Positions 1 through 9,947 of a DNA stretch of 64,000 bases are shown in pieces. Location: assembly GCA_965223265.1 (NCBI GenBank), contig OZ244999.1:1696001-1760000 (forward strand), in the 5' to 3' direction. The position numbers and the translations under genes are program-made. The number at the start of each line of letters is the position of its first letter. The first letter of the stretch is position 1. This DNA is from Planctomycetota bacterium. Lineage in GTDB: Bacteria > Planctomycetota > UBA8108 > SXIK01. A model generated the notes under the pieces. The model saw only the letters and a list, made by a program, of their open reading frames with translations. It ran no database searches and was not told the origin of the DNA.

Positions 1-1433
1 ACCGGATCGTTCAGCGGCCGCGTCCGGCGCAAGAGCGCCTGCCAGCGCAGTGTCATCGTCGGATTGAGATCGCCGGGGTCGACGACGATCATGAATTCAT
101 CCATCTGCACGCCACTGTCCTCATCGCGCTGTGCAGCGAGGAGGTATTCCGCCGCTCTCGCCTTCGCACCAGCCACGAGCTCGGCGTGTTTCTTTGTCGC
201 GAACTCTGTCAGGGCGTTCACCCGCTTGTCGAGCTCGCGTTCGTAGGCCTCGTACTCTTCGGTCGCCGGGCGCGGCTCGACGGCGGGCCCAACGAGCGGC
301 TCGGAGGCGCTGCGAAAGACGCCGTAGAGCGAGTAGTAGTCGGCGGTCGGAATCGGATCGTATTTGTGGTCATGACAACGCGCGCACGCGACAGTGAGAC
401 CCATGAGACCCCGCGTGACAACGTCGATGCGGTCGTCGACGACGTCGTGAAGGTTGTTCATGAAGCGCTGCCCGACGGTCAGGAATCCTAGCGCGGCGGC
501 AGACCGCGCGTACTGCGCAGGCGGCAGAAGATCCGCGGCGATCTGCTGCGTGACGAATTCGTCGTAGGGGAGGTCCTGGTTGAACGCGCCGACGACGTAG
601 TCGCGATAGCTGTAGGCGTACGGGTAGTTGAGATCTTGAAAATAGGCGTATCCCTTGGTGTCGGCGTAGCGCGCGACGTCGAGCCAGAGGCGCCCCCAAC
701 GCTCGCCGTAGCGCGGCGACGCCAAAAGACGATCGACAAGCTTGACGTAGGCATCGGGTGAGGTGTCCGCCGCGAAAGTTTGAACCTCGTCGTAGCTCGG
801 GGGCAACCCTAGCAGATCGAAGGTGAGTCGACGCACGAGTGTGCGCCGACCTGCCGCAGGGGACGGCGTCAGATCGTTGCTTTCCAATTTGGCGAGAACA
901 AATGGATCGATCGACGAGCGCGCCCAAGAGTGGTCGCGCGTCAGAGGTGCCGGCGGATCCTGAACCGGCTGAAAAGCCCAGTGATCGGCGAGCGCCTCGG
1001 AGTCGATTTTGGTCGCCGCCAGTGTCGCTTGTTCTGGCCAAAACGCTCCCGCTTGAATCCAGCGCTCGAGTGCTGCGATCTCCCCGGCCGAAAGGGGGCG
1101 ATCGGGAGGCATTTTCGGATCGCCCTGACGCCGGATCGCCGCCATGAGTCGGCTGGCCGCAGCGTCGCCAGGGACGATCACCGCACCTGATGCACCGCCT
1201 GCAAGCACGTGCGCGCGCGCATCGAGGCGCAAGCCGCCCTCTTGCTTCGCCGGCCCGTGGCACTCCAGACAGCGAGTGACCAACACGGGACGCACGCGGC
1301 GTTCAAAGAAGTCAGCTTGCGCGTCTTTCTGCGACGTTGACGCAGTGGCGCTGCGCGCGAAGCTGGTCAAAGCGACGCTCGACGCTGCTGTGAAAAGGAG
1401 CACGAGTCGGAGTGACGGGAGAAAGGCTAGCAT
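1..1433 (-). CDS. Planctomycete cytochrome c / DUF1549(-DUF1553) domain protein, 3' end runs off the window
   Basis: Not in the ORF track. Manual translation from ATG at 1433 gives MLAFLPSLRLVLLFTAAS...FFERRVRPVLVTRCLECHGPAKQEGGLRLD (signal peptide plus PSCyt1 CxxCH). Near 350-400 it reads LTVACARCHDHKYDPIP, the DUF1549 signature. Confidence 0.9.
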   Translation of the reverse strand, partial: MLAFLPSLRLVLLFTAASSVALTSFARSATASTSQKDAQADFFERRVRPVLVTRCLECHGPAKQEGGLRLDARAHVLAGGASGAVIVPGDAAASRLMAAIRRQGDPKMPPDRPLSAGEIAALERWIQAGAFWPEQATLAATKIDSEALADHWAFQPVQDPPAPLTRDHSWARSSIDPFVLAKLESNDLTPSPAAGRRTLVRRLTFDLLGLPPSYDEVQTFAADTSPDAYVKLVDRLLASPRYGERWGRLWLDVARYADTKGYAYFQDLNYPYAYSYRDYVVGAFNQDLPYDEFVTQQIAADLLPPAQYARSAAALGFLTVGQRFMNNLHDVVDDRIDVVTRGLMGLTVACARCHDHKYDPIPTADYYSLYGVFRSASEPLVGPAVEPRPATEEYEAYERELDKRVNALTEFATKKHAELVAGAKARAAEYLLAAQRDEDSGVQMDEFMIVVDPGDLNPTMTLRWQALLRRTRPLNDP

Positions 1434-1490
1434 GGACTCGATTATAGCCGCGCCGCAGTGCGAAGAGAACGCGTGCCCGGAGTGTGGAAG

Positions 1491-2288
1491 TTACTGCGGC
1501 ATCGAAAGTGTCCCCGGCGAGGTGCAGTTCTTTGATGTTTCCCGCTCAACGATGGCTCGAAGCGCCTCGGTGACTCGCTCGACGTGATGCGCGTTCTCCG
1601 CTTCTGTGCGACTCTGCCAGGATCCTCGGGTGGGCGGGAGATTCGGGATGCAGCGTCCACGAATCAGCCAGTCCGCCCGTGCGACGAACTCCGCTCTTGC
1701 CGCTCCGGGCTTCAGAGAAACCATGATGGAAAGCAATTCTTGAGCCATCGTCTTCCGGGGTGCCTCCGGGTCCACGTCGAGCCAGATCAGCGCTTGTATG
1801 ATGCAGTCGATGCAGTGATGGTGTTGGCGCAGCCAGCGTAGGTGCCGAAGGCCGACGTGATGCCTTAGGGCGACGTCGAAGGCTTTCAATGACTCCTTCG
1901 GGAAGTACCGTGGCAGCGTCAGTTCGAGTGCCAGCCGCCAACCACGACGACTGACCACGCGTCGATTTGTGCCGTCTTCGCGTCCTATGTGAAATGTTTC
2001 GTGTGCGCTCAGTTTGATGTAGGGGACGGTTCGCTCTGGCTTGAACGATTCGCCGAGACCGATGGCTCGAAGCACGTTGGCGCTGAGCGCCGTGTCGACG
2101 CGGACTGCGTCACGAACGCCCGCTTCCGGAACGTCTTCGTGGAAGTGCATACCCGAGAGCCCGTGGTGGTAGTACGGCTCGTCGCTGAGCAGATTGGAGA
2201 CGACACGGGGACCAGCGACGACTGCGGTGATCGCGAGCGCCGCTAGGAAAACAGCGACGCTTGCGACAAGCAGGCGTCGCCTTTTCAC
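1491..2288 (-). CDS. Hypothetical membrane-anchored/secreted His-rich protein, last gene of the GntR-ABC operon
   Basis: GTG start at 2288 overlaps the upstream TGA (GTGA coupling). N-terminus KRRRLLVASVAVFLAALAITAVVAG is a signal/anchor; contains HHGLSGMHFH and HHHCIDC. Confidence 0.65.
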   Translation of the reverse strand: MKRRRLLVASVAVFLAALAITAVVAGPRVVSNLLSDEPYYHHGLSGMHFHEDVPEAGVRDAVRVDTALSANVLRAIGLGESFKPERTVPYIKLSAHETFHIGREDGTNRRVVSRRGWRLALELTLPRYFPKESLKAFDVALRHHVGLRHLRWLRQHHHCIDCIIQALIWLDVDPEAPRKTMAQELLSIMVSLKPGAARAEFVARADWLIRGRCIPNLPPTRGSWQSRTEAENAHHVERVTEALRAIVERETSKNCTSPGTLSMPQ

Positions 2289-3496
2289 GGGAGCCTCCGG
2301 CTTGTTGCCATCACCTGGGCAGCGCGCACTTCGGAGGCCAGTCGTGTCAGCATCAGGTCGTTCCCTTGCTCTATTTCGGCCAGCTGTCGAAGAGCTTCGA
2401 CTCCGAGATCTGCAGCCGTGCGGTGGGCTAACATGCCGCGCAGCGCCGCGCACACGACGCGGCGGTCGGCATCCTTCAGCGCCTTGAGAGCCAGCTGCTG
2501 CGCATTCGGGCGCGGCTGGCGCTCCTCCAACAGATGATAGACAGCGCGCCGCCGGATCTCCGGACGATCGTCTGTCAGCCGCACCGTGTGGATCGATTCG
2601 ACTCCGCGCTGCGTGAGGAGAGCAAGCGTTAGCCACACGAAGGAGCCGAGGCAGAGGTCGCGCAAGGCGAGAGGTTTGCCATTGACGAGCGCCAGGGCTA
2701 CGAGCGCAGTGAGTCCGAGAGTGACGGGCGCTAGGTTGGCGACAACAAACCGCAACGTCGGACTCGCGATCGGTTCGCCGCAAGCTTGCGTGGCAATCAC
2801 GCTGCAGTTGTCAGAGAGTCGTGAGCCGTTCTGCCGCCACCACTCCGAGCGCGAAGTTTTAGCGGCGCCGCCGGGGCCTAGGGGCACAGGGATCACATGC
2901 ACGGCGTAGTCGTCGTAACGTTCGAGTAGCCTACCGAAGCCGGACGATCGAAGGCGACACGCGAGCGTCGCTGTTGGGAGGGTGCCGTCGAGGTCCTTCG
3001 CCCGTCTGGTCCATGAAGTCCGCACACGCAGGTGAGATCCAACTGGCTGCACATGACATGGCGTGAACCAGGTAGCCTTCCAGCCACGCCGCGTGTCTGA
3101 CAAACGCTGCGTGTCCAGCGACAGTACCAGACTGCCTAGGTCGCCAAGGTCGACGCTCGGCTCGCCCACGGTTCGGATACGGCGAGATTCTTTCCGACTG
3201 TTGACGATCAGTTCCTGCCATAGGTGCGGCGTCTCGAAGTCACCGTTTCGGAAGATCAGAACGCGCACGGCATAGCCGGTGACGTCATCCGGCGAGAGAT
3301 CCTCATCCTTCGGCTCTATGATGGTCGTCGGCATTGTCGGCGTCGGTTGGGACTCGAAGACCGTGTCGTAGAACGTGAGAACGAACGGAAGCGGTAGAAG
3401 AGACACGAGACCGATGCGAAGCCTACGTTTGGCGTGGGCGATCCGAATCACCGCGAAGCCGAAACCTAGAAAAAGCGCCATGGTCAAAGTCGTCAT
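2285..3496 (-). CDS. Hypothetical membrane protein with a large loop and C-terminal HEAT-like repeats
   Basis: 403-aa ORF, ATGA-coupled to the upstream gene. Two N-terminal and two later hydrophobic segments; HEAT-like ending (LTDDRPEIRRRAVYHL, ALKDADRRVVCAALRGM). Confidence 0.75.
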   Translation of the reverse strand: MTTLTMALFLGFGFAVIRIAHAKRRLRIGLVSLLPLPFVLTFYDTVFESQPTPTMPTTIIEPKDEDLSPDDVTGYAVRVLIFRNGDFETPHLWQELIVNSRKESRRIRTVGEPSVDLGDLGSLVLSLDTQRLSDTRRGWKATWFTPCHVQPVGSHLRVRTSWTRRAKDLDGTLPTATLACRLRSSGFGRLLERYDDYAVHVIPVPLGPGGAAKTSRSEWWRQNGSRLSDNCSVIATQACGEPIASPTLRFVVANLAPVTLGLTALVALALVNGKPLALRDLCLGSFVWLTLALLTQRGVESIHTVRLTDDRPEIRRRAVYHLLEERQPRPNAQQLALKALKDADRRVVCAALRGMLAHRTAADLGVEALRQLAEIEQGNDLMLTRLASEVRAAQVMATSRRLP

Positions 3497-4161
3497 GTCC
3501 GCATCCTCGCTCGGGAGCGCATCGCAGCCACTGTAGCGAGCCCGGCAGCGACGAGGATCGTCGAGAATCCCGCGACGAACGTGACGTCGGAGAAAAGGCT
3601 GTCAGATTCGGTGGCGTGCGCCGCGTCAAGTTTCCACGTCCACACCATGATCACGAGACCGACGACGCTACACGTCGCGCCGATCACACATGCAGCGACG
3701 GAGCGCGACGAACGCGTCTCGCGGGCGAGCGCGAAAGCTAACGAATAGGCGAGAAAGAGCGCGGCGCTTCCTTGCACGTACAGCCCGGGGGCCAGGTGCA
3801 TGACCTCCGTTGTCGCCGCCTCGTCGAACAGCTTCCAAAAGTGGACGTCTGGCTCGATCCAGGTCAGTAGCGAACACCAGCCGCCGTAGATAGAGAGGAT
3901 CGTGAGGCCGAGCGCATAGCGAACGAGTGCGTGGAGGGCATGGTCCATCGGGCGCGATTGCATCAAATCGCGCGTGCCGTTGAGCGTCGACTCGCCGCCC
4001 AGTCGAGCAGCGAGGGTGGCACCGATGATGATCAAAACCGCCGGCGTCGTGAATGCCAGGAAGCCGGTTGCAACAATTTGGAGTGCTACAGGCACTGGGA
4101 GACAGCTGATCGTCAGTGAGCGCACGTCACGCCATGCCTTGTCCAGGTAGGCCTTCAGCAT
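3493..4161 (-). CDS. ABC-2-like membrane (permease) subunit
   Basis: 222 aa with about six hydrophobic helices; overlaps the ABC ATPase stop; begins LKAYLDKAWRD, as in Ytr-type permeases. Confidence 0.75.
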   Translation of the reverse strand: MLKAYLDKAWRDVRSLTISCLPVPVALQIVATGFLAFTTPAVLIIIGATLAARLGGESTLNGTRDLMQSRPMDHALHALVRYALGLTILSIYGGWCSLLTWIEPDVHFWKLFDEAATTEVMHLAPGLYVQGSAALFLAYSLAFALARETRSSRSVAACVIGATCSVVGLVIMVWTWKLDAAHATESDSLFSDVTFVAGFSTILVAAGLATVAAMRSRARMRT

Positions 4162-5090
4162 TTCGAGAATCTTTCCATGGGGTCGACCCGGCGTGCTTCG
4201 TCGTCTTGAGTGGAGCGCTCGGTCAGCGCGACGAAGATCTCCTCGAGACAGAGCGGAATCACCTCGACCTGCGCGACGCTCCTCAGCTCCGCAAGAAATC
4301 GTCGGTCGATCCGCGACACGGCGACGAGAAGATCGCGACCGGCACCATCCCGCCGCACCTCAAAAGGTACGGAAAAGTCGGGTGGTGGGTCTCGCTCGAA
4401 CGCGATCCGGAGTCGCACGACCGACTCCTTGAGACGGTCGAGCGATGCTTCGAAGAGGGTGCAGGGATCACGCAGGACACCGACACGGTCGACGAGCCGT
4501 TCAAGATCGGTGAGGAGGTGAGAGGCGATCAAGATCGAGGCACCGGTGTCAGCTACGTGGTCGACGAGGAGGCTCACCATCGCGTGGCGAACGACGACGT
4601 CGAGGTTTGCAGCCGGCTCGTCGAGGATCAAAAGTCGCGGTCGCGGCGCGAGCGTGAGTACTAGTCCCGCCTTTTGGCGATCGCCGCTAGAGAGAGACTC
4701 GACCGGGCCGTGCCATGACACCTCGAGTCGAGAGGCCAGTGCGCGTGCATAGTCAGAGTCCCACGTCGGGTAGCCTGGCCCGAAATAGTCGCAATGTTCA
4801 GCGAGCGAGAGGCTACTGAAAAGGCCTAAGCCATGAGCATGATAGCCGATCTGCGCGAGCGTCGCTCGATCGAGCTGGCGCGACGGGGTGCCCAGCAACT
4901 GACTCTCCCCCTGCTCGGGGATCTCAAGTCCCATGAGGACGCGGAGCAGGGTCGTCTTGCCGATACCGTTACGGCCGACAAGTCCATAAACTGCACCCGG
5001 AGGCAGCGAGAGACTGACTCCTTCGAGCACCTGAGCAGCGCCGAAACGCTTATGAAGTCCGCGCGCGCAGACGACGGGTGTTCCGTTCAT
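4155..5090 (-). CDS. ABC transporter ATP-binding protein (YtrB-like)
   Basis: Walker A GRNGIGKTT, signature LSSGDRQK, Walker B LLILDEP, H-loop ASH. Confidence 0.95.
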   Translation of the reverse strand: MNGTPVVCARGLHKRFGAAQVLEGVSLSLPPGAVYGLVGRNGIGKTTLLRVLMGLEIPEQGESQLLGTPSRQLDRATLAQIGYHAHGLGLFSSLSLAEHCDYFGPGYPTWDSDYARALASRLEVSWHGPVESLSSGDRQKAGLVLTLAPRPRLLILDEPAANLDVVVRHAMVSLLVDHVADTGASILIASHLLTDLERLVDRVGVLRDPCTLFEASLDRLKESVVRLRIAFERDPPPDFSVPFEVRRDGAGRDLLVAVSRIDRRFLAELRSVAQVEVIPLCLEEIFVALTERSTQDDEARRVDPMERFSKC

Positions 5091-5475
5091 CCTCGTTCCT
5101 GGGATAGCGTCTCAGAGCGGCGCCGACGATTTCTACGACGCGCTCGTGGGGCACATCGAGGCGTTTTGCTTCGATGGCGAGTCGTTCGGCGATTTGGCGC
5201 AAGAGCCGGGTCCGCTCAGCGGAGGTCAAACGTGGCACGTTGCGCGCAACGAAAGTGCCGACGCCGCGGCGTATTTCGATCGTGCCCTCTCGTTCGAGTT
5301 CACTATAGGCCTTGGAGATCGTCATCGGGTTGACTGCCAGTGTTTTCGCGAGCTCTCTCACGGATGGAATCCGCTGACCCACCGTGAGACGACCGGAGGC
5401 GACCTGAGCGCTGATTTGGTCGCACACTTGACGATAGATCGGTACTCCAGACGTTGTCTCAAGGTGAAGGATCAC
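5050..5475 (-). CDS. GntR-family transcriptional regulator, YtrA subfamily
   Basis: GTG start at 5475. PIYRQVCDQI...RIPSVRELAKTLAVNPMTISKAYSELEREG...RRGVGTFV wHTH with a short C-terminus, directly upstream of an ABC ATPase. Confidence 0.93.
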   Translation of the reverse strand: MILHLETTSGVPIYRQVCDQISAQVASGRLTVGQRIPSVRELAKTLAVNPMTISKAYSELEREGTIEIRRGVGTFVARNVPRLTSAERTRLLRQIAERLAIEAKRLDVPHERVVEIVGAALRRYPRNEDERNTRRLRARTS

Positions 5476-5544
5476 GGGAAGAAACTCCGCACATCGACGC
5501 GTTTCAGTGCTCTTCGAGGTAATGACCTCCAGAGTTATGAGTGG

Positions 5545-5566
5545 GTGTATTATTATACCGATACAC
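5545..5566. promoter_or_regulatory. Putative YtrA-type operator palindrome GTGTAT-N10-ATACAC
   Basis: AT-rich inverted repeat gtgtattattataccgatacac about 70 bp upstream of the GntR start; matches the TGTA...TACA style of YtrA-subfamily sites. Confidence 0.7.
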
Positions 5567-5611
5567 TCGAAGATCAAGTGTGCTGCGCCGCAGTTTCGGG
5601 AGCCTCCCAGC

Positions 5612-7129
5612 TTACCGGCAACTCGCTCCGCACCCGGACGTGTCGGCGCGCGCACGCGCGACGCACACTCCGAGGGGCTCTGGCGCTTCAATGGACTCGC
5701 CCAAGAACAGCAGCGAGATCAGCTGAATCGCGTCACTGATTCTGAGCGCTCCTGAGTCGTTGACGTCCCCTGCTGCGCTGCAAAGCTCACTTTCGCCCCC
5801 AAAGAGGAACCTCAGGATCGCGATCGCATCGGACACGTTCACGCTGCCGCTCAAGTTGGCGTCGCCGGCGACGAAGGAGAACGGTGGCCGCCGTTCGTCA
5901 CTTTTGACGATTTCGAAGCGATCGATGGTTTGTCCGTCTCGGTCGATGGCTTCAACGAGCAGTGTCTGCGCGTCCACGGTCAACGTCACGAGATGATGCA
6001 CGGCGTGTGCAGCCACAAATAGCGGCTGGTCAGCGCCGTCTGCGTTTTTTTCGCTCAGCGCCGCACCGCCGCCACCGGTCACGACATACACGATACCCTC
6101 GGGGCGCACGTAGCGTGGTTCCAAGTAGACATCGCGGACACGATGGTCGCGCAGCGGATAGCTGCGCTCGTAGAGGTGCTCGTGCCCTGAGAGCACCAGA
6201 TCGACCTTTGCGCCCTCGAGTATCGGCACGATCTCTCGCTTCACCCACTCCTCACCACCGTGAGTACCGACGCTATAGGGCGGGTGGTGGAAGTACACGA
6301 TCTTCCAGGTCCGCGTCGTGGAGATCAGGTCGCGCTGCAGCCATTCTCGAACTTGCGGTGTGAGCTCGCGCGCGACTGAGTTGAGCGCTACGAGATGCGC
6401 ATCGCCGGCGTCGAAAGAATAGTTGAGCTCGTTTCCATTGCCGTCGAAGTCACTTCGAGGCAGTCGTAGCATGTCCTCGAAGAACTGTGCATTGCTGAAG
6501 GCGCCGTCGTGGTTCCCCAAAACTGGAAAGACTGCGATCGAGGCGAGGACGTCCCCGTAGACATCGAAGAAGTTGTGTTGGTAGGAAACCGGGTGACCGG
6601 CCGGGTAGGCCAGGTCGCCGGTGTGCAGAAGCAGCTGCGGGTCAACCGTGCGCAGAATCTCAGCGACCGCGTCTTGGTCGGCGCCGTTTCCCGGGGGCGC
6701 ACGGTGGCCCGAGTCGCCGAGCGCGGCGATGCGAACGGAGGCTCCTGGCGGCGGCAGAGTGCGGAATTGCGCGCTCCACTTCGTTTCGCCGGCGTGGTCA
6801 ACCTCGTAGTCGTACACCGTGTCTGCCTCGAGATTGTCGAGGCGAAAGACGTGATCGTGCGCTGAAACTTCGTCCACGAGCCGCGTCTGTTGGTCTCCGG
6901 GGATGCCGTAGCGTATCGATGCCCTGAGTGGAGATGCACTTTGGCTAACTACGAGCACCGAGCGTGTGGTGAGCTGCTGCAAGAACGGCGCGCGGTCGAA
7001 GTAGAGCTCTTGCGCGGCTACCTGGGGTGGCACGCCCCCGAGGCTGGCGAGAACGATCACGGTGGCCGGTGCGAGTTCAGATTGCATAGCGGGCGGCCCC
7101 CACCTGCACAGAGCCGACGAACGGAACAC
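5612..7129 (-). CDS. Purple acid phosphatase-like metallophosphoesterase with N-terminal FN3-like domain and C-terminal dockerin-like domain
   Basis: Motifs GDSG, TGDLAY, GNHD, HHP, GHEH. C-terminal GDANLSGSVNVSDAIAILRFLF...GDVNDSGALRISDAIQLISLLF dockerin pair. Start may be 7087. Confidence 0.92.
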   Translation of the reverse strand: MFRSSALCRWGPPAMQSELAPATVIVLASLGGVPPQVAAQELYFDRAPFLQQLTTRSVLVVSQSASPLRASIRYGIPGDQQTRLVDEVSAHDHVFRLDNLEADTVYDYEVDHAGETKWSAQFRTLPPPGASVRIAALGDSGHRAPPGNGADQDAVAEILRTVDPQLLLHTGDLAYPAGHPVSYQHNFFDVYGDVLASIAVFPVLGNHDGAFSNAQFFEDMLRLPRSDFDGNGNELNYSFDAGDAHLVALNSVARELTPQVREWLQRDLISTTRTWKIVYFHHPPYSVGTHGGEEWVKREIVPILEGAKVDLVLSGHEHLYERSYPLRDHRVRDVYLEPRYVRPEGIVYVVTGGGGAALSEKNADGADQPLFVAAHAVHHLVTLTVDAQTLLVEAIDRDGQTIDRFEIVKSDERRPPFSFVAGDANLSGSVNVSDAIAILRFLFGGESELCSAAGDVNDSGALRISDAIQLISLLFLGESIEAPEPLGVCVARARADTSGCGASCR

Positions 7130-7296
7130 TTGAGTTTCCCTCGACTCTCCATACTAAGCCCTGATTGGAGAATCGACGCTAGAAACTCCGAGTCTCATTG
7201 GCAGCGCTGCGCCAGGAGGAGACGGTCGACGCACGGAGCCTATCCAAGTGCGTTTGTTCGGCCCCACCAAGGCATCCCGGAGAGCTGCGGAGGTCT

Positions 7297-8220
7297 CTAA
7301 GGCTCCTCGACGAGCGTCACGCTTGTGGTCTGGTTCTGTTCGACAGCTAACTCGGTCTCAGCACCGCCGAGTGAACGACTGAAAATCGAAAAGGCAAACG
7401 CGGTCTCATAGCGTCGGACCAGCCTCCTCTGCCGGTCCCACACGATCCTTCCCTCGAGTTTTTTCTTTTGGAATCGCGGTGGTGCTTCCGTGTTCACTTT
7501 CGCCGTCTCGAATGTTCCGCTGCCCGTGAACACGATCGTCGCTTCTTTCTCGGTGGCCTTCTCAAGTTTCATCGTGATCTTCACGACCAAGTCAACCCCG
7601 GGGCCGTACTTGGTCCTCTCTTCGACCATCCACGTGTCTCCTACCTTCGCCGAAGCACGATGGCCAGCCGGAGCAAAAAACTTTGAGAGGGTACGCTTGA
7701 AGACATCGTCGTCGCGAACGTTGAGCAGTGGTGCTGCGGGCGCCTTCTTGAGGGCTTCGTTCCCGGACAGCTCTTTGACGCTGCCGTCGAGTCCATAGCT
7801 GATGTTGATCGACTTGCCCACGAAGGTCTCAAGCAATCGGCCGATGGAAGTGTCCTGGCCCTCGATCTCCTCGATGCGCGTATCGAAGGCTCCCTTTTGA
7901 GTGCCTCGTTCCTGTTCCAAGGAGGCGTTTTCGTAGGTCAGGCGCACAGCCGCTGTGTCGCCGGCCAGCGAGCGAATGTCGAAACGATAATCGACGAGGC
8001 TGCGGCTTTTAGATTCCTTGGCTGCTACGTTGGCCGTTGTCGTTTGCTCCACGCTGACGTAGATCGTACGGCCGGCGACGAACCCCGGCCGCAGGTCAAT
8101 GGTGTCATCAGCGGCCGCGACCGCCGAGAGGCCGGAGACGAGGGCGAGGCCGAGGATGCCGAGGTAGAGGTGCGGTGACAGGCGAACTCGAATTGAGACC
8201 ATGGGACGTGGGTGTTTCAT
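7297..8220 (-). CDS. Secreted hypothetical protein (DUF6263-like)
   Basis: 307 aa; signal peptide ending AVAAA; beta-rich with a KVGDTW motif typical of this group. Confidence 0.7.
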   Translation of the reverse strand: MKHPRPMVSIRVRLSPHLYLGILGLALVSGLSAVAAADDTIDLRPGFVAGRTIYVSVEQTTTANVAAKESKSRSLVDYRFDIRSLAGDTAAVRLTYENASLEQERGTQKGAFDTRIEEIEGQDTSIGRLLETFVGKSINISYGLDGSVKELSGNEALKKAPAAPLLNVRDDDVFKRTLSKFFAPAGHRASAKVGDTWMVEERTKYGPGVDLVVKITMKLEKATEKEATIVFTGSGTFETAKVNTEAPPRFQKKKLEGRIVWDRQRRLVRRYETAFAFSIFSRSLGGAETELAVEQNQTTSVTLVEEP

Positions 8221-8431
8221 GTCTTCGGGGAGGAAAGGCTGAGTGACGATCGGGACACGAAGGCTACAAGGCAGCGGTCAAGGTACCGGTTGCGCGCAGG
8301 TAACGGCAGAGAAAACTGTGATCCGGCAAGGATTCGGTTCATTGGGAGCAGTGCGCACCGCAGCGCCCCCTTCAGTCGGTTCGTGCCCCAACGCCAGAAG
8401 AAAATGGCGAGCAAATCGGTCAAAACGTGCG

Positions 8432-9820
8432 TCACGACAATAGAGTCCGCATTCCACGCGTCATGATGTCGTCGACTTCCGGTTCGCAAAATGCCACGCT
8501 CACCTCATAACCTCCACTCGGGTACTCCTCTTTGATTGGCAAATACCAAGGGCCACCGTCGCCGTAGCCAGCGGTGGCCACGAAACGCGACTGGCCGATC
8601 TTCTGGGCGCGCAGCTGGTACTGCACGAACGGCTCAGCCGGCAGATGAAGAAGAGAGATATCGTTGACCTGTAGCGAGCTGAGAACGATCGGAATCTTGC
8701 GCTCGAGACGGCGGATCCACGACACCATGTACGATGGTCGGTTACGACCGACGACACGGTTCTCTTTGTTTCGAATTTGGCTCAGAAGCTTTTCGGCGGA
8801 GAGGTTCGACCTCACCGGCGGGAGCATGTCGACCGTCTTCCAAGTGAGCGTGTCGACCGGCTCCGGGCGAAGCCCAGATTCCGCGCGCACGATGCCATCG
8901 TAGATGCGCTGTGTGAGAACTGGCCGCATCGCCTTCGAGCCGTCGTTGTATTTGCCAGCGGCGATGTTGCCGGCACAGCCGGTGAAGTACAGGTGCGTGC
9001 ACTTCGGTTCGTCGAGCTGTCGCTTCTTGCGTGCCAAGCCGGCGAAGTCGCTGCTGACCCTTCCGTCACCGTAGTAGCTCATCGGGTGCGTCGCGTAGTA
9101 GTGACAGGCGGCGATCTTCGTGTCTCGATCGTAGAATGCGACTGTTTTGAGCCATGGGTCGATCGTTCCCACCGGCAGCGCGCGCAGTGCTGCATCGTCG
9201 CATTTGCTACCGCGCGACTTGAGGATGCGTCCCTTCTCATCGCGATGAATCCGCCGGTTCGACGCGACTTTCTCGACCTCCGCTTGTCCATGCGCGACAT
9301 GGGTGACTTGTCGGGCTCTCTCTTTGGCCCCTTTGAGCGCGGCACGGGCGCGCTCCAAACAGCGCCGAAAAAAGTCAACATCGACGACGTGGGGGAGGTC
9401 ACCTTCAGCCGCGACGATGCGGGTTGCTTCAAGGCAAGCCATCGGCGCGTTGTGTTGGTGTACGCAGTGGACCGCAACGCGCTCCGGAGTTGTACCGGCA
9501 GCCTCGGCCAGCGCCGTGCGCCACTCAACGTGAGCCTCGTTCAGAATTCCTGTCCAGTCGACCGTGCAAAGAACGATAGGTTTCTCGAGTCCGTAGAGAA
9601 CGAAGCCGACCGCTTCGAGCGGATCATCAACGGCTTCGACTGGGGTAATCCAACCACCGCAGCAGGCGTGCCCTTTCGGTGGTGTGGCGTCAAAGCGAAA
9701 AGGTGCGAGATGCAGCTCGCGGCGAGTCGTTTCACTAGCGAGCGAGAGCGCGGACAGGGACCAGCTACCAGCCGTTGCTGCCGCGACGGTTTTCTTCAGG
9801 AAACTGCGCCGTGTTTGCAT
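8432..9820 (-). CDS. Tat-exported neutral/alkaline ceramidase-like metallohydrolase
   Basis: MQTRRSFLKK twin-arginine signal; HQHNAP, YATHP and GCAGN motifs of the ceramidase-like fold. Confidence 0.75.
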   Translation of the reverse strand: MQTRRSFLKKTVAAATAGSWSLSALSLASETTRRELHLAPFRFDATPPKGHACCGGWITPVEAVDDPLEAVGFVLYGLEKPIVLCTVDWTGILNEAHVEWRTALAEAAGTTPERVAVHCVHQHNAPMACLEATRIVAAEGDLPHVVDVDFFRRCLERARAALKGAKERARQVTHVAHGQAEVEKVASNRRIHRDEKGRILKSRGSKCDDAALRALPVGTIDPWLKTVAFYDRDTKIAACHYYATHPMSYYGDGRVSSDFAGLARKKRQLDEPKCTHLYFTGCAGNIAAGKYNDGSKAMRPVLTQRIYDGIVRAESGLRPEPVDTLTWKTVDMLPPVRSNLSAEKLLSQIRNKENRVVGRNRPSYMVSWIRRLERKIPIVLSSLQVNDISLLHLPAEPFVQYQLRAQKIGQSRFVATAGYGDGGPWYLPIKEEYPSGGYEVSVAFCEPEVDDIMTRGMRTLLS

Positions 9821-9947
9821 GCTTGCTCCGTCTGTTGACCTCGAGTAGTTCGCGGCTCTGCGCAACCGATCAAGATTAGCGTGCTCGAGCGCGCTGAAGA
9901 ACTCGAGAGAAATCCCGGCCGACGGTCGAGCGCTCCAAAAAAATGCG

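Noticed and set aside
7141-7176. Inverted repeat tcgactctcca...tggagaatcga upstream of the phosphoesterase
   Set aside because: A single short hairpin with no U-tract or second copy; its function cannot be supported.
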